64,000 nucleotides of DNA from SAR86 cluster bacterium AG-422-O05 (GCA_003213495.1 QCMW01000001.1:810181-874180); one strand, 5' to 3'. Positions 30,169 through 40,285 are shown, numbered from the stretch's first letter. Translations and numbers: made by a program. Notes: generated from the sequence alone by a model not told the origin.

Positions 30169-30573
30169 ATGGATCAATTTATGAATGAAATGGCGGTATG
30201 GAATATGATGAGTACCGCGTACATATCAAATGCAATCTTTTTTGCGGCCTGTTCCTTTTTAATTTGGGTTGGTTTCAGATTTACAAGCAGAATATATTAT
30301 GAGGGAAATATTAATCTATTAGGTAAGATTTTCACGACTTTATTTTGCTTATCAGTTGGAGCTTTTACCTTATTTACGATGGCTCAAGGTCAAGGTTTAG
30401 CTGCTGGAACTGCAGGTGCTTTCAGTGCACTTTCTGAAGTTCAAGATATATCTAGTAATGCGCAAGCTTTAATAGATACCGCGGATGGAAAGTTAGGCCC
30501 AGTTCAATGGGTATTCCTTGGGTCCGTTTTAGTAATGCAACTCACGCAAATTTGGGTTAAAAAAGCATCATGA
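30169..30573 (+). CDS. Small integral membrane protein; function unknown
   Basis: 134 aa with 3-4 hydrophobic segments. ATGA overlap with the next gene. Confidence 0.5.
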   Translation: MDQFMNEMAVWNMMSTAYISNAIFFAACSFLIWVGFRFTSRIYYEGNINLLGKIFTTLFCLSVGAFTLFTMAQGQGLAAGTAGAFSALSEVQDISSNAQALIDTADGKLGPVQWVFLGSVLVMQLTQIWVKKAS

Positions 30574-31355
30574 GGAGTTTTAAATATACATTAAGTGTTT
30601 TTACATTATTCTTTGTTGTAAGTTGTGCTCAAGAACAGTCATCTGTTTCTAGTGAGTCCGGACCTATTTATAAAGGACCTTTCTACAATGAATTTTTAGC
30701 ATGTAGTGCGGGGCCTAAATTTGAAGATGGTATCCAAGAAATGTTATCTGAATGGCAAAAACTCCAACCTGCTGAAGGCTTAAGTTGGGCAGGTGTTTAT
30801 GCGCCAGTAGGAGAGAATCATAGATTTTCAAATGGTTGGTGGGAATTAGAATGGGATTCAAAAGAAAGCTCAGATAATGCTTTTAGCAATCCATCACCTG
30901 AATTTCTAGCATGGTCTGAAAAATATGCTGATGTCATGACATGTGACATTGAAGGAAGATTTCCATGGACATTCTATTTACCAAGAGATCCTGGATCATT
31001 TGGAGAAGTTATGGGTGAAAATGGATATTTTGCATCTGAATTTTTGGCTTGTAACTTTAAAGATGGAAAAGCAAGTCAAGATTTAAGAGCAGCTGTTGTG
31101 CAATTCAATGAATACCTTGATATGAATGGAAGTGAAAATCCATACTTCTTTGGTGTTTATTATCCAGAATTCGAAGGAGCTGAAGCTGATTTTCTATGGG
31201 GCAATTGGCATGCAAGCTTTGAGTCCATGAAAGCTGGGAATGCTGACTGGGAGGAAAATGGTAAAGCCATGCAGGCTAAATTTGATGAAATATCTACTTG
31301 TATTTCACCAGATTACTATGACAGTTATGAGCTTTTTAATAACCCAAGCAGTTAA
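30570..31355 (+). CDS. Lipoprotein; function unknown
   Basis: Lipobox 'VVSCAQE'. 261 aa, Trp/Glu-rich. No family recognised. Confidence 0.5.
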   Translation: MRSFKYTLSVFTLFFVVSCAQEQSSVSSESGPIYKGPFYNEFLACSAGPKFEDGIQEMLSEWQKLQPAEGLSWAGVYAPVGENHRFSNGWWELEWDSKESSDNAFSNPSPEFLAWSEKYADVMTCDIEGRFPWTFYLPRDPGSFGEVMGENGYFASEFLACNFKDGKASQDLRAAVVQFNEYLDMNGSENPYFFGVYYPEFEGAEADFLWGNWHASFESMKAGNADWEENGKAMQAKFDEISTCISPDYYDSYELFNNPSS

Positions 31356-31371
31356 TTAGGTTTTAATTATT

Positions 31372-31389
31372 CGGAGGGGAAACCCTCCG
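31372..31389. terminator. GC-rich hairpin CGGAGGG-GAAA-CCCTCCG between convergent genes
   Basis: 7-bp G/C stem with a GAAA tetraloop in an otherwise AT-rich spacer. A/T-rich flanks on both sides suggest a possible bidirectional terminator. Confidence 0.4.
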
Positions 31390-31391
31390 GA

Positions 31392-32288
31392 TTAAAATAA
31401 TTCAGTTAACATACATCGAGCAGACCCACCTCCATATTTTTCTATGGTGGGGATGTCTGAATGAATGATATCTGAATAGCTTTTTAAAAGTTTTTCAATC
31501 TGTTCTTCATTTAATGCTTTATAAGCAGTTGTGCTCAATATTAAAAAAAGTTCATCATTTTTGTTTTTTGCTTCAATAGCATTACCGCAAAATTTTTCTA
31601 TCTGTTCTGGACTTAATTCGACGACATCATGATATTTACTTACTTTTTCTTTAACATAATCTCTATGTTCTTCCGTAATAACATCAAAACATATACCAAT
31701 TATTTCTGTTCCAACGTACATTAAGACATCAGTATGATAAATAGGAGAACCTGTATGACTTTCAGTTTCAAATAGAACAAGCTCATAATTATTATGCCTA
31801 CACCATATAATCAATTGAACAGCATTAGTTCTAGGTGAAATTCCTGCATAGACAATTCTGTTTACTCTATCAAAAACCATACTGCTTGTTGATTCTAAAA
31901 ATATTTCTTTCTCTTCAAGATGAGACATATCATTTGTTAGCTCATAGGTATTAGTTAGGAACTCAATCATCGATAACTTTTTTTCTTTTCTTCTGTTTGG
32001 AGCCATCATGCTAAATATTTGCATTGTTTTATCTTCGAACGTGATAAACCAGTTTGGAAAAATATGATCTGGACAATCTTTAGATCCTCTTAAACTAGTG
32101 ACTGTAATTCCGCTATCCTCAATTTTATTTTTCAGATTATGGAATTCATTTAATGCCTTTTCTGCAATAACTTGTGGGGTTTCATCAGTTGCTTCTTTTT
32201 GATAATGATTTGTGAATGCCGTTTGCTCATTTACGTAAAAAGATTCAGGCTCAATCATAAACAAATGTGAAGTTGATTGTTTAGTCAT
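31392..32288 (-). CDS. Guanidino-group-modifying enzyme superfamily protein (arginine-deiminase-related / CtlX-like)
   Basis: C-terminal 'GGGSARCMLTELF' carries the catalytic Cys typical of the amidinotransferase/DDAH/ADI fold. 298 aa. Confidence 0.6.
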   Translation of the reverse strand: MTKQSTSHLFMIEPESFYVNEQTAFTNHYQKEATDETPQVIAEKALNEFHNLKNKIEDSGITVTSLRGSKDCPDHIFPNWFITFEDKTMQIFSMMAPNRRKEKKLSMIEFLTNTYELTNDMSHLEEKEIFLESTSSMVFDRVNRIVYAGISPRTNAVQLIIWCRHNNYELVLFETESHTGSPIYHTDVLMYVGTEIIGICFDVITEEHRDYVKEKVSKYHDVVELSPEQIEKFCGNAIEAKNKNDELFLILSTTAYKALNEEQIEKLLKSYSDIIHSDIPTIEKYGGGSARCMLTELF

Positions 32289-32330
32289 ATGTTCCCTTGC
32301 CGATATTAACTATGCGGTTAAAATACACCT

Positions 32331-33566
32331 ATGTCACAAAGTTTACAAGATGATTATATAAAAAAAGAATCAATATATGGCGCTCAAAATTATTCTCCAT
32401 TATCCGTAGTCTTAGAGAAAGGAGAAGGTGCATATCTATGGGATGTTGATGGTAATAAATATCTTGATATGGTTTCAGCTTATTCTGCAGTAAGTCATGG
32501 ACACTCTCATCCTGAGCTTGTAAAAACTTTGCAAGATCAATCTTCAAAATTGGCAATAACATCAAGAGCTTTTTATACAGAGCCTTTTGCAGATTTTCTT
32601 GAATTTCTTTCTAAGATTTCTGGTTTTGAAAGCATCTTAGCAATGAATACTGGAGCTGAAGCAGTAGAAACAGCAATTAAAGCTGCTAGAAGGTGGGGAT
32701 ACTTTACAAAGGGTATTCCAGATAATAAAGCAGAGATAATAGTAGCAGATGGAAATTTTCATGGAAGGACAACAACAATTGTAGGCTTCTCTTCTGATGA
32801 TGCATACAAAAAAGGTTTTGGGCCATTTGGAGACGGGTTTATTACCGCTAAGTTTTGCTGGTCTGATTGTAGTATTCAAGACTCTATTGATTCTTTTTCA
32901 AGCAAAATAAATAAAAATACTTGTGCGATTCTTGTTGAACCCATTCAAGGTGAAGCAGGGATAAGGGTACCAGATTATGGCTGGCTACAAGAGTTGAGAA
33001 AGCTGTGTGACAAAGAAAACATTTTATTAATTTTAGATGAAATTCAATCGGGTCTTGGAAGAACGGGAAAATTATTTGCCCATGATCATGAGGATATTAA
33101 GCCTGATGGATTAATCTTAGGTAAAGCTTTAGGAGGTGCAATGCTTCCTATTTCTGCTTTTTTAAGTTCAAAAGAGGTTATGAATCATTTTAATTCTGGC
33201 TCTCATGGTTCCACTTTTGGCGGTAATCCGCTTGCTTCAAAAGTAGCAAAAAGAGCACTAGAACTTCTTTATGAAGACTCATTAATTGAGAATAGTTTTA
33301 CTTTAGGAGAATACTTTAAATCATCTCTTCAATCCATCGATAACAAAATTATTAAGGAAGTTAGAGGAAAGGGACTATGGATTGGAATGGAATTAAATGA
33401 CTCTGAACTAAATGCTAAAGATTTATGTATGATGCTTCTCAATGAGGGCCTTTTATGCAAAGAAACTCACAAAACTGTTATTAGGTTTGCGCCACCATTA
33501 ATGATATCTAAAAAGGAGATTGACTGGGCAATTAAAAAAATTACAAAAGTAATTCGGTCAGTTTAA
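32331..33566 (+). CDS. rocD: Ornithine--oxo-acid aminotransferase
   Basis: 'YGAQNYSPLSVVLEKGEGAYLWDVDGNKYLDMVSAYSAVSHGHSHP' and 'LDEIQSGLGRTGK'. Class III PLP aminotransferase, 411 aa. Confidence 0.85.
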   Translation: MSQSLQDDYIKKESIYGAQNYSPLSVVLEKGEGAYLWDVDGNKYLDMVSAYSAVSHGHSHPELVKTLQDQSSKLAITSRAFYTEPFADFLEFLSKISGFESILAMNTGAEAVETAIKAARRWGYFTKGIPDNKAEIIVADGNFHGRTTTIVGFSSDDAYKKGFGPFGDGFITAKFCWSDCSIQDSIDSFSSKINKNTCAILVEPIQGEAGIRVPDYGWLQELRKLCDKENILLILDEIQSGLGRTGKLFAHDHEDIKPDGLILGKALGGAMLPISAFLSSKEVMNHFNSGSHGSTFGGNPLASKVAKRALELLYEDSLIENSFTLGEYFKSSLQSIDNKIIKEVRGKGLWIGMELNDSELNAKDLCMMLLNEGLLCKETHKTVIRFAPPLMISKKEIDWAIKKITKVIRSV

Positions 33567-33833
33567 ATGGAATATAGTTCTGATTTTCAAAAAAATGTTT
33601 GGCATGAAATTGAAAAAATACCTTATGGAGAAACAAGAACCTACAAAGACATAGCAGTTGCAATTGGAAAACCAAATGCCCATAGAGCAGTAGCAAATGC
33701 TTGTGGGAAAAACCCACTTCCAATAATTAGACCATGTCACAGAGTCATATGTTCTGACGGAAGTCTAGGAGGCTATAGCATAGGAAGTGGAAAAAAGCTT
33801 AAGCGAGCTTTAATAAAACTAGAATCAAAATAG
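33567..33833 (+). CDS. Minimal methylated-DNA--protein-cysteine methyltransferase (MGMT C-terminal domain only)
   Basis: 'IPYGETRTYKDIA', 'RAVANACGKNPLPIIRPCHRV' with the active-site PCHR. Only 88 aa. The start abuts the rocD stop. Confidence 0.8.
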   Translation: MEYSSDFQKNVWHEIEKIPYGETRTYKDIAVAIGKPNAHRAVANACGKNPLPIIRPCHRVICSDGSLGGYSIGSGKKLKRALIKLESK

Positions 33834-33848
33834 TTTTAAAGTCTTCAT

Positions 33849-36329
33849 CTAATCATCTAAAGCTTTAGAGACCTTCCAATTTAAAAAGTTGTAGTGAACT
33901 TTTGTAGTTGAACTACCATACGATACTTTTGTAAAGCTTTTGATTTTAAATAATGAAGAATATATTGCTGACTTAGATATTTCATCATAGTCATCATCAT
34001 TTAAAGCACTTATTAGACTATCAACATATGTTGATTGAAGATTCATTTTAAAGGTTGATGGCACTTCTCCTTGAACAAAAATTGCATCAAAAAGATCACT
34101 TAATACCTCATCTGGCATATATGTATTTCCGTACTGAGAGCTATCAACAAGTCTCATCATTACAGTTGGATGAAGGATATGAGAAATGGCTCTACCTTGA
34201 AGACTCAATACTAAGTCATGTAACTGAGGATCTTCATTACCTCTTCTGCCAGGACTGTAGGCAGCTCTTTTTTCGCTTTGCAATTGTTTTATAAAATCCG
34301 GATCAAAAGAAAATGCATCGTTCGATAAAAGTTTATCTTGAATTAATTTCATTGCTCTCTTTTGATCAGCATATGGAACGGCCTCAAATGGTGTTATGTC
34401 TTTATTTTTGTCACTTACAATCCTGTTAGAGTACACTCCACCAATTAATCTTGAAACTCCATCAAGAAATCTACCTTTTTCTCTTGTAAGGCTATAAAAA
34501 GTAGATCTGAATTCTGTTGAAGTCTTGCCATCAACAAGATAGATATCTGGTAATTCTAAAATCTTGGCATCAATGGTTTCTATTCTATCTGCAGTATAAG
34601 TAATTGGGTCATTGGACATATCACCTCGATAATTTCTTGGATCAATATTTACACCTGGAGAGGACATTGCGTCTCCATCTGTTCCAAAAATGTACTCAGG
34701 TTGTGTAGATTTTGATAAAAGATTTTCTCTTTCTTCATCTGAAAGGCCTGGAGTATATCCAAATTCGATTGCCCAAATGTCATATAAACCTGGACCAGTT
34801 GGAAAGTAATTTCCTTGTTGAGTTCCTTTTGGCGCAAGATTAATTGGATCGTAATCCATCACTGAACCTATATGATTATCTCCTGTGATTGACACATCAT
34901 GTACCTCTTTTGCATCATATATCCAGCTTGCTTTGAAGTTATGTCTTAAACCTAACGTATGCCCAACTTCATGCATTGTTAGTGAAACTATCCATTGCTC
35001 AAGTGGATCGTTGTCTTCTGAATAGCCCCATAACTTTCTGTATGTGTAACCACGTTTAATTGCATTAAATTCTTGCACAATATCTGCAGCAATAATTTCA
35101 CCTGTTCTTGGATTGGCTACGCTAGGACCATAACCTGAATATCTTGGATCTGGTGTTGAAGCCCATCTAACTACGTTGTATCTGACGTCTCCTGCATCCC
35201 ATTCTGCGTCGTCTGGTTGGATTTTCGCAACGATCGCATTTTTAAAGCCTGCTTTTTCAAAAGCTTTGTTCCATCCTTCTATACCTTTGACAACAAAAGG
35301 ACGTATTTCTTCAGGAGTTGAGTTTTCAACCCAATATATTAATGGCTCAACTGGTTCAGATAATTCAGCGTCAGGATCTTTTTTTATTAATCTCCACCTA
35401 TTCATTAAATCTCTTGCATTATTTGAATCGTAGGTTGACAAATCGGTTACTTTTTCAGAGAAGTAACCAATTCTTTGATCTGCAACTCTTGGTTCAAAAT
35501 TTTCATCAGGCATTTCAACAAAAAGGTGAAGTCCATCAACAAATGTATATCTTTTATCAGCAATAGCATCGATTGATCCGCCTCCTTTAGGCTTAGGATT
35601 ATAAAAGCCATACCTTACTTTAAATGAGGTATTTTTCTCATAGGTTTTTACCTCATCTATAAATGTTTTAGCTTTATCAGCCCGTCCAAGAATCAAGTTG
35701 TAATACTCCATATATTCTTGTGGAATATTAGGCGAGATGCTTACAAGCATTTCAGTTAAAAACATTTGATCAATATTAATTAAGTATTTTGTATCCTCAT
35801 TAACTACAACGGAGAATCTACCCATAAATGCTTCAATGATATTTGTGAGTTTAGATTGTGAAATTTTATTTGATTCGTTATAGGTAAATTTAGTATTTTT
35901 CTTATAAATACCTATATCTTCTTTAAATTTCCTAAACTCAAGAATAAAAGCCTCTCCCATATCTCCGCCACTGGGACCTGCATCTGAAGGACCATTTAGT
36001 ACATAAGTGAAATATATAAATTCCTTATTAAGTTGAGCCTCATCAAGGACCAAGTAGTATTTATCTTTTTCTGTTTCATGCAGAATATTCATAAACCCTT
36101 CCATAGATACAAATTCACCATCTTCTATAAACTCGTCTATAGTTTTGTATTCTTTTTTCTTGCTCGGCATTCCTTTTGGTTTCTTTTCAGATTCAACACT
36201 TGATTCTTCTTTTGATGAATTATCATTTGAATTTTCGGCATCCTGATAAAGACTTGCTTCAATAGGACCAAAGCCTACTAAAGCAATAGTTATTAAGAGT
36301 AAATTAAAGAGTTTAGATTTATTTTTCAT
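33849..36329 (-). CDS. Secreted zinc metalloprotease (HExxH)
   Basis: 'MHEVGHTLGLRHNF'. The likely start is Met29 of the track ORF ('MKNKSKLFNLLLITIALVGF' signal peptide), which removes the overlap with the SDR gene. Confidence 0.75.
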   Translation of the reverse strand: MKNKSKLFNLLLITIALVGFGPIEASLYQDAENSNDNSSKEESSVESEKKPKGMPSKKKEYKTIDEFIEDGEFVSMEGFMNILHETEKDKYYLVLDEAQLNKEFIYFTYVLNGPSDAGPSGGDMGEAFILEFRKFKEDIGIYKKNTKFTYNESNKISQSKLTNIIEAFMGRFSVVVNEDTKYLINIDQMFLTEMLVSISPNIPQEYMEYYNLILGRADKAKTFIDEVKTYEKNTSFKVRYGFYNPKPKGGGSIDAIADKRYTFVDGLHLFVEMPDENFEPRVADQRIGYFSEKVTDLSTYDSNNARDLMNRWRLIKKDPDAELSEPVEPLIYWVENSTPEEIRPFVVKGIEGWNKAFEKAGFKNAIVAKIQPDDAEWDAGDVRYNVVRWASTPDPRYSGYGPSVANPRTGEIIAADIVQEFNAIKRGYTYRKLWGYSEDNDPLEQWIVSLTMHEVGHTLGLRHNFKASWIYDAKEVHDVSITGDNHIGSVMDYDPINLAPKGTQQGNYFPTGPGLYDIWAIEFGYTPGLSDEERENLLSKSTQPEYIFGTDGDAMSSPGVNIDPRNYRGDMSNDPITYTADRIETIDAKILELPDIYLVDGKTSTEFRSTFYSLTREKGRFLDGVSRLIGGVYSNRIVSDKNKDITPFEAVPYADQKRAMKLIQDKLLSNDAFSFDPDFIKQLQSEKRAAYSPGRRGNEDPQLHDLVLSLQGRAISHILHPTVMMRLVDSSQYGNTYMPDEVLSDLFDAIFVQGEVPSTFKMNLQSTYVDSLISALNDDDYDEISKSAIYSSLFKIKSFTKVSYGSSTTKVHYNFLNWKVSKALDD

Positions 36330-36388
36330 ATATACGGTCCTCAAATTAGCATGTAATTCTATCCTAGATAAGGTCTTACTGATAGTAT

Positions 36389-37195
36389 ATGCATATGAAT
36401 AATTCATTCGCATTAATCACAGGAGCATCTTCAGGTATTGGGCTGGAGATAGCAAAAAACCTTGCAGCAAGAGGCTATAACTTAATTTTAACAGCACGAA
36501 GAACTGAATTGCTTGAAGCACTTGCTGATGAAATAACTAATAAACATGATGTAACAGTAGATTACATTTCATGTGACCTAAGCAAATATGATGCACCCAA
36601 AGAGATTTTTGAATTTTGTGAGTCAAAAAATTATCATGTAGATTTTCTTGTTAATAATGCAGGATATGGAATTAAAACCTCTTTCCATGAAACAAGCATA
36701 GAGATAGAAGAGGATTTTATTAGAGTACTTGGCACATCTGTAATAATGCTTACAAAATTATTCATACCTAAAATGCTTGCGTATGAAAATGGCAAAATAA
36801 TGATAGTCTCTTCAGTTGCTGCTTTTGCCGCTCCTTCTGCAATTCAGCCATTGTATGGACCAATAAAGACTTTCATGAATAGATTTAGTGATGGTATAAA
36901 CATTAACTACAAACATAAAGGAATCACTTCTACAGCAGTATGTCCCGGATTCACAGTTACAGGATTTCATACTGCAAGCGGTGTTCAAGAAGAGATGGAT
37001 AGGGTGCCAAAGTTTATGGTTTTTTCAGCTGAAAGAATTGCAAAGGAAGCTGTTGAAGCAACGATTGCGGGCAAGGCTTTGTGCGTACCAACAAAAACTT
37101 ATAAGTTTTTAGTTTTTATGCTAAAAAATATACCACAGCCAATTTTAAGATTAATTGGTACTGCGCTTGCCCCAGGAAGATACGATAGAAATTAA
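36389..37195 (+). CDS. Short-chain dehydrogenase/reductase
   Basis: 'ALITGASSGIGLEIAK' Rossmann motif, 'NNAG' and 'YGPIK' (YxxxK). 268 aa. Confidence 0.85.
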   Translation: MHMNNSFALITGASSGIGLEIAKNLAARGYNLILTARRTELLEALADEITNKHDVTVDYISCDLSKYDAPKEIFEFCESKNYHVDFLVNNAGYGIKTSFHETSIEIEEDFIRVLGTSVIMLTKLFIPKMLAYENGKIMIVSSVAAFAAPSAIQPLYGPIKTFMNRFSDGININYKHKGITSTAVCPGFTVTGFHTASGVQEEMDRVPKFMVFSAERIAKEAVEATIAGKALCVPTKTYKFLVFMLKNIPQPILRLIGTALAPGRYDRN

Positions 37196-37842
37196 CTGAA
37201 TCCAAGCACGTCATCTGAAACAAATGGATTTGATTTTCTTTCAGTTGCAAAATCAGATTCAGGACCGTGACCAGGGATGAATTTAATATTTGTTCCAAGT
37301 GGCCATAATTTGTTTTTAACTGATTCTATAAGATCTTCAAAGTTACCACCCGGAAGATCAGTTCTACCTATTGAACCATTAAATAGAACATCCCCCACTA
37401 ATGCTAAATCACTGTCTTTACTATAAAAAATTATGTGTCCTGGAGTATGACCAGGACACAAATAGACTTCTAATTTTTCATTTCCAACATATATAACATC
37501 CCCATCATTAAGCCACTTATCTGGAGTACAATTCCTTGAAGGCATTCCAAACATTTCACCTTGTTTTTGAAGACCATCTAATAAAAACTTATCGTCAATA
37601 TGAGGACCATGAATTTCAACGTTTAATATTTTTGATATTTCTGTTGCACCTCCGGCATGGTCAATATGTCCATGTGTGAGTAAAATTTTTTCAGGAATTA
37701 AATTGTTTTCTTTTGAAATGTTTAACAGAATTTCAATATCGCCACCTGGATCAACAATGGCACATTTCATTGTTTCATCACAATAAATTAAGGATGCATT
37801 TTGTTGAAATGGTGTTACAGGTTGAACTAAAGCTTTTAACAT
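37192..37842 (-). CDS. MBL-fold hydrolase (glyoxalase II-like)
   Basis: 'LLTHGHIDHAGG' and 'CPGHTPGH'. The likely start is Met32 ('MLKALVQPV'); the longer track start would overlap the divergent gene. Confidence 0.8.
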   Translation of the reverse strand: MLKALVQPVTPFQQNASLIYCDETMKCAIVDPGGDIEILLNISKENNLIPEKILLTHGHIDHAGGATEISKILNVEIHGPHIDDKFLLDGLQKQGEMFGMPSRNCTPDKWLNDGDVIYVGNEKLEVYLCPGHTPGHIIFYSKDSDLALVGDVLFNGSIGRTDLPGGNFEDLIESVKNKLWPLGTNIKFIPGHGPESDFATERKSNPFVSDDVLGFS

Positions 37843-37885
37843 AATTGTTTTACAATAAAGATTGAATAAATTATAAATAATTAAT

Positions 37886-39595
37886 ATGAGTGATAAAACT
37901 AGTAAGTCACATTTAAGCTTAAGAATTCCTTCCAATGAAAGTGACGAAAAGTTTATATCAGGAATAAGCTCCGTATACGAAGCAGCTAAACTGAGAAGTG
38001 CATCAAAAGATGCATCATTGGATAAATACCATTCTCCAGTGAAGTTTTCATGGAAAGAGTTTTGGAAGACGATGGTTTATGAAAATTTGCCGCCAGTAAT
38101 CTTCTCTCCTTTAGCAACATTGTTTTTAGAGAAGAATCTAAATAGAGCATGGCATGTTAGTCAAAATAGAATGTTAATAACGTTATCTACCAAACATCAT
38201 TCTTTAAAAGAAATTATTCAAACATGGCTAATTGTCTATCCTGGGTCATGGCTAATGAATATTGGATTATATTTTGCTTTATTTACTGATAAAGAGTTGA
38301 TTATGAATATCGATCCTTTTCATATGATTCTTGCATATCTATTGCTTTTCATGCGCAGACTCATTATTGCAACAAAATATGGTTATTTTAGGCCTGAAGA
38401 TACTGAGAGATTATGTTTGCCAGCTCCTGATTGGGACAGAAATAAAACTAATAGAAGATTGGTTGGACAGGGCTGGATGACTCCGTGGCTTTTTCCAGGA
38501 ATTATTGAAGACGAGTTAACAGTAGCAATGGATGAAAACGATATTTGTCTCCAAGCTATTCCATTTGAAGTGGATAGAGCATCACTTGAAAGTTTAATGA
38601 AGCAAGAGTCTAATGATTTATTTCCACAAAAAACAAGCGCATCAAAAGAACAAGAAGTCGCATCTGGCTTTATTTTATATAACATAATTAAATCAGTTTA
38701 TAGCAGTCCAACTATCAAGAATTTTTCATTTATTTATTTCTTTACTGCTTTTTCGATTGCATTGACACCGTTTATTGTTAAATATTTTTATGGAACTCCA
38801 TTATTCGGAATGAACCCATATGAAATCACTATTTCTGTCGCAACTTTAATAGGATTTTTTAACGGATTTCAATTGTTGATGTTTGGACTGGTGTGCTCTG
38901 TCGACTATGAAAGAAGGTATCAATGTTCAAAAAAATTAGGAGATCTTGTTACTTATCCTGGACTATGCATAAGTAATTTATTTTCCAATGCTGGTTCAAA
39001 TCAAATATTTATTGATCTTCAAAAAAGAATAAATGTATTTAGCTGGATGAATATGAGAAAAGTTCTTAGATCATTTGGAGAGGCATTTTATTTACGTATT
39101 CAAAGCTACACTTCTATATTAATTTTTTACTCCTTATTTTGTGTTGCCATCTTAAATTTAATTATTTGGACAGAATTAAGACATCACATATCAACCATGT
39201 ATGTTATATGTGTAATTATATTTTTTATATCTAGTATTAGTCTTTTTGCTATTTATAAAGCTATTAAATTACAGTCATTAAGCGCAGAGCATAGAGATTT
39301 TATTAGGAATGAAATATTCATTATCGAAGAGGAGATATGGGAATTGAAGCTTGATGATGGCAACAAAGATAGACTAAAAGATCTCACAAGCGCAAAAGCA
39401 CTTTTAGAACAAGTTGATGAATCTATTAACTATAAAGAGCTAATATATAAACCAACTACAATCTTAGGATATGCAGCAAATAATGGAGTAATTGGTTCAG
39501 TTTTGGGCTTGGTTTTAACTGGTTGTATATTTGCAGTTCAAGGTTTTGTATCTACCGGAATGGAATATGATGCAGCAGGTTGGTTTAATTTTTAA
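37886..39595 (+). CDS. Large polytopic membrane protein; function unknown
   Basis: 569 aa with several hydrophobic clusters separated by charged loops. No family recognised. Confidence 0.5.
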   Translation: MSDKTSKSHLSLRIPSNESDEKFISGISSVYEAAKLRSASKDASLDKYHSPVKFSWKEFWKTMVYENLPPVIFSPLATLFLEKNLNRAWHVSQNRMLITLSTKHHSLKEIIQTWLIVYPGSWLMNIGLYFALFTDKELIMNIDPFHMILAYLLLFMRRLIIATKYGYFRPEDTERLCLPAPDWDRNKTNRRLVGQGWMTPWLFPGIIEDELTVAMDENDICLQAIPFEVDRASLESLMKQESNDLFPQKTSASKEQEVASGFILYNIIKSVYSSPTIKNFSFIYFFTAFSIALTPFIVKYFYGTPLFGMNPYEITISVATLIGFFNGFQLLMFGLVCSVDYERRYQCSKKLGDLVTYPGLCISNLFSNAGSNQIFIDLQKRINVFSWMNMRKVLRSFGEAFYLRIQSYTSILIFYSLFCVAILNLIIWTELRHHISTMYVICVIIFFISSISLFAIYKAIKLQSLSAEHRDFIRNEIFIIEEEIWELKLDDGNKDRLKDLTSAKALLEQVDESINYKELIYKPTTILGYAANNGVIGSVLGLVLTGCIFAVQGFVSTGMEYDAAGWFNF

Positions 39596-39640
39596 AAAAA
39601 TACTATAAAATAGGCATTTTTAAATCAATGGAATACAAAA

Positions 39641-40285
39641 ATGACTAAAAAAGTATCAAAAGATGAGGCTTTAAAAGCTGTAAAGACAATTACAAAAGAG
39701 ATTTCAGAAAGCTCTCTTGAACAAGAGGCGCTAGAAGCTGTAAAAACACTAATACTGTGGGCAGGAGATGATCCTGAAAGAGAAGGGCTTGTTGATACCC
39801 CAAAAAGAGTAGTAAAGGCCTATAAAGAATTCTTTGCAGGATATGATGAAGATCCTGAAGAAATTCTTAGCAGGACTTTTGAGGAAGTTGAAGGCTACGA
39901 TGATGCAGTCATAGTGAGAAATATAAGGGTTGAATCACATTGTGAACATCATATGGTTCCAATCGTTGGCGTAGCACATATAGGTTACATACCTAAAAAA
40001 AGAGTTGTAGGAATCAGTAAATTAGCAAGACTGGTTGATCTTTTCGGTAAAAGGCTTCAAACACAAGAAACAATGACAGCTCAAATAGCAGATACCATAG
40101 AAAAAGTTTTACAGCCTAAAGGAGTTGCTGTTGTTATTGATGCCAACCATCAGTGTATGAGCACAAGAGGTGTTCACAAAACTGAATCAAGCACAATTAC
40201 ATCTAGAATGTTAGGTATTTTTAGAACAGATAACAAAGCTAGAGAAGAATTTATTAGTCTGATTCATTCGCCAAAAAAATATTAA
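39641..40285 (+). CDS. folE: GTP cyclohydrolase I
   Basis: 'DTPKRVVKAY', 'SHCEHHMVPI' and 'HQCMSTRGV'. 214 aa. Confidence 0.9.
   Translation: MTKKVSKDEALKAVKTITKEISESSLEQEALEAVKTLILWAGDDPEREGLVDTPKRVVKAYKEFFAGYDEDPEEILSRTFEEVEGYDDAVIVRNIRVESHCEHHMVPIVGVAHIGYIPKKRVVGISKLARLVDLFGKRLQTQETMTAQIADTIEKVLQPKGVAVVIDANHQCMSTRGVHKTESSTITSRMLGIFRTDNKAREEFISLIHSPKKY

Noticed and set aside
36330-36413. N-terminal 28-codon extension of the metalloprotease ORF, overlapping the SDR gene start
   Set aside because: The Met at codon 29 is followed by a typical signal peptide. Using it removes a divergent overlap, so the extension is probably not translated.
37843-37935. N-terminal 31-codon extension of the MBL-fold hydrolase, overlapping the divergent membrane-protein gene
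   Set aside because: The conserved MBL fold begins at 'MLKALVQPV'. The hydrophobic extension is probably an artefact of the longest-ORF rule.
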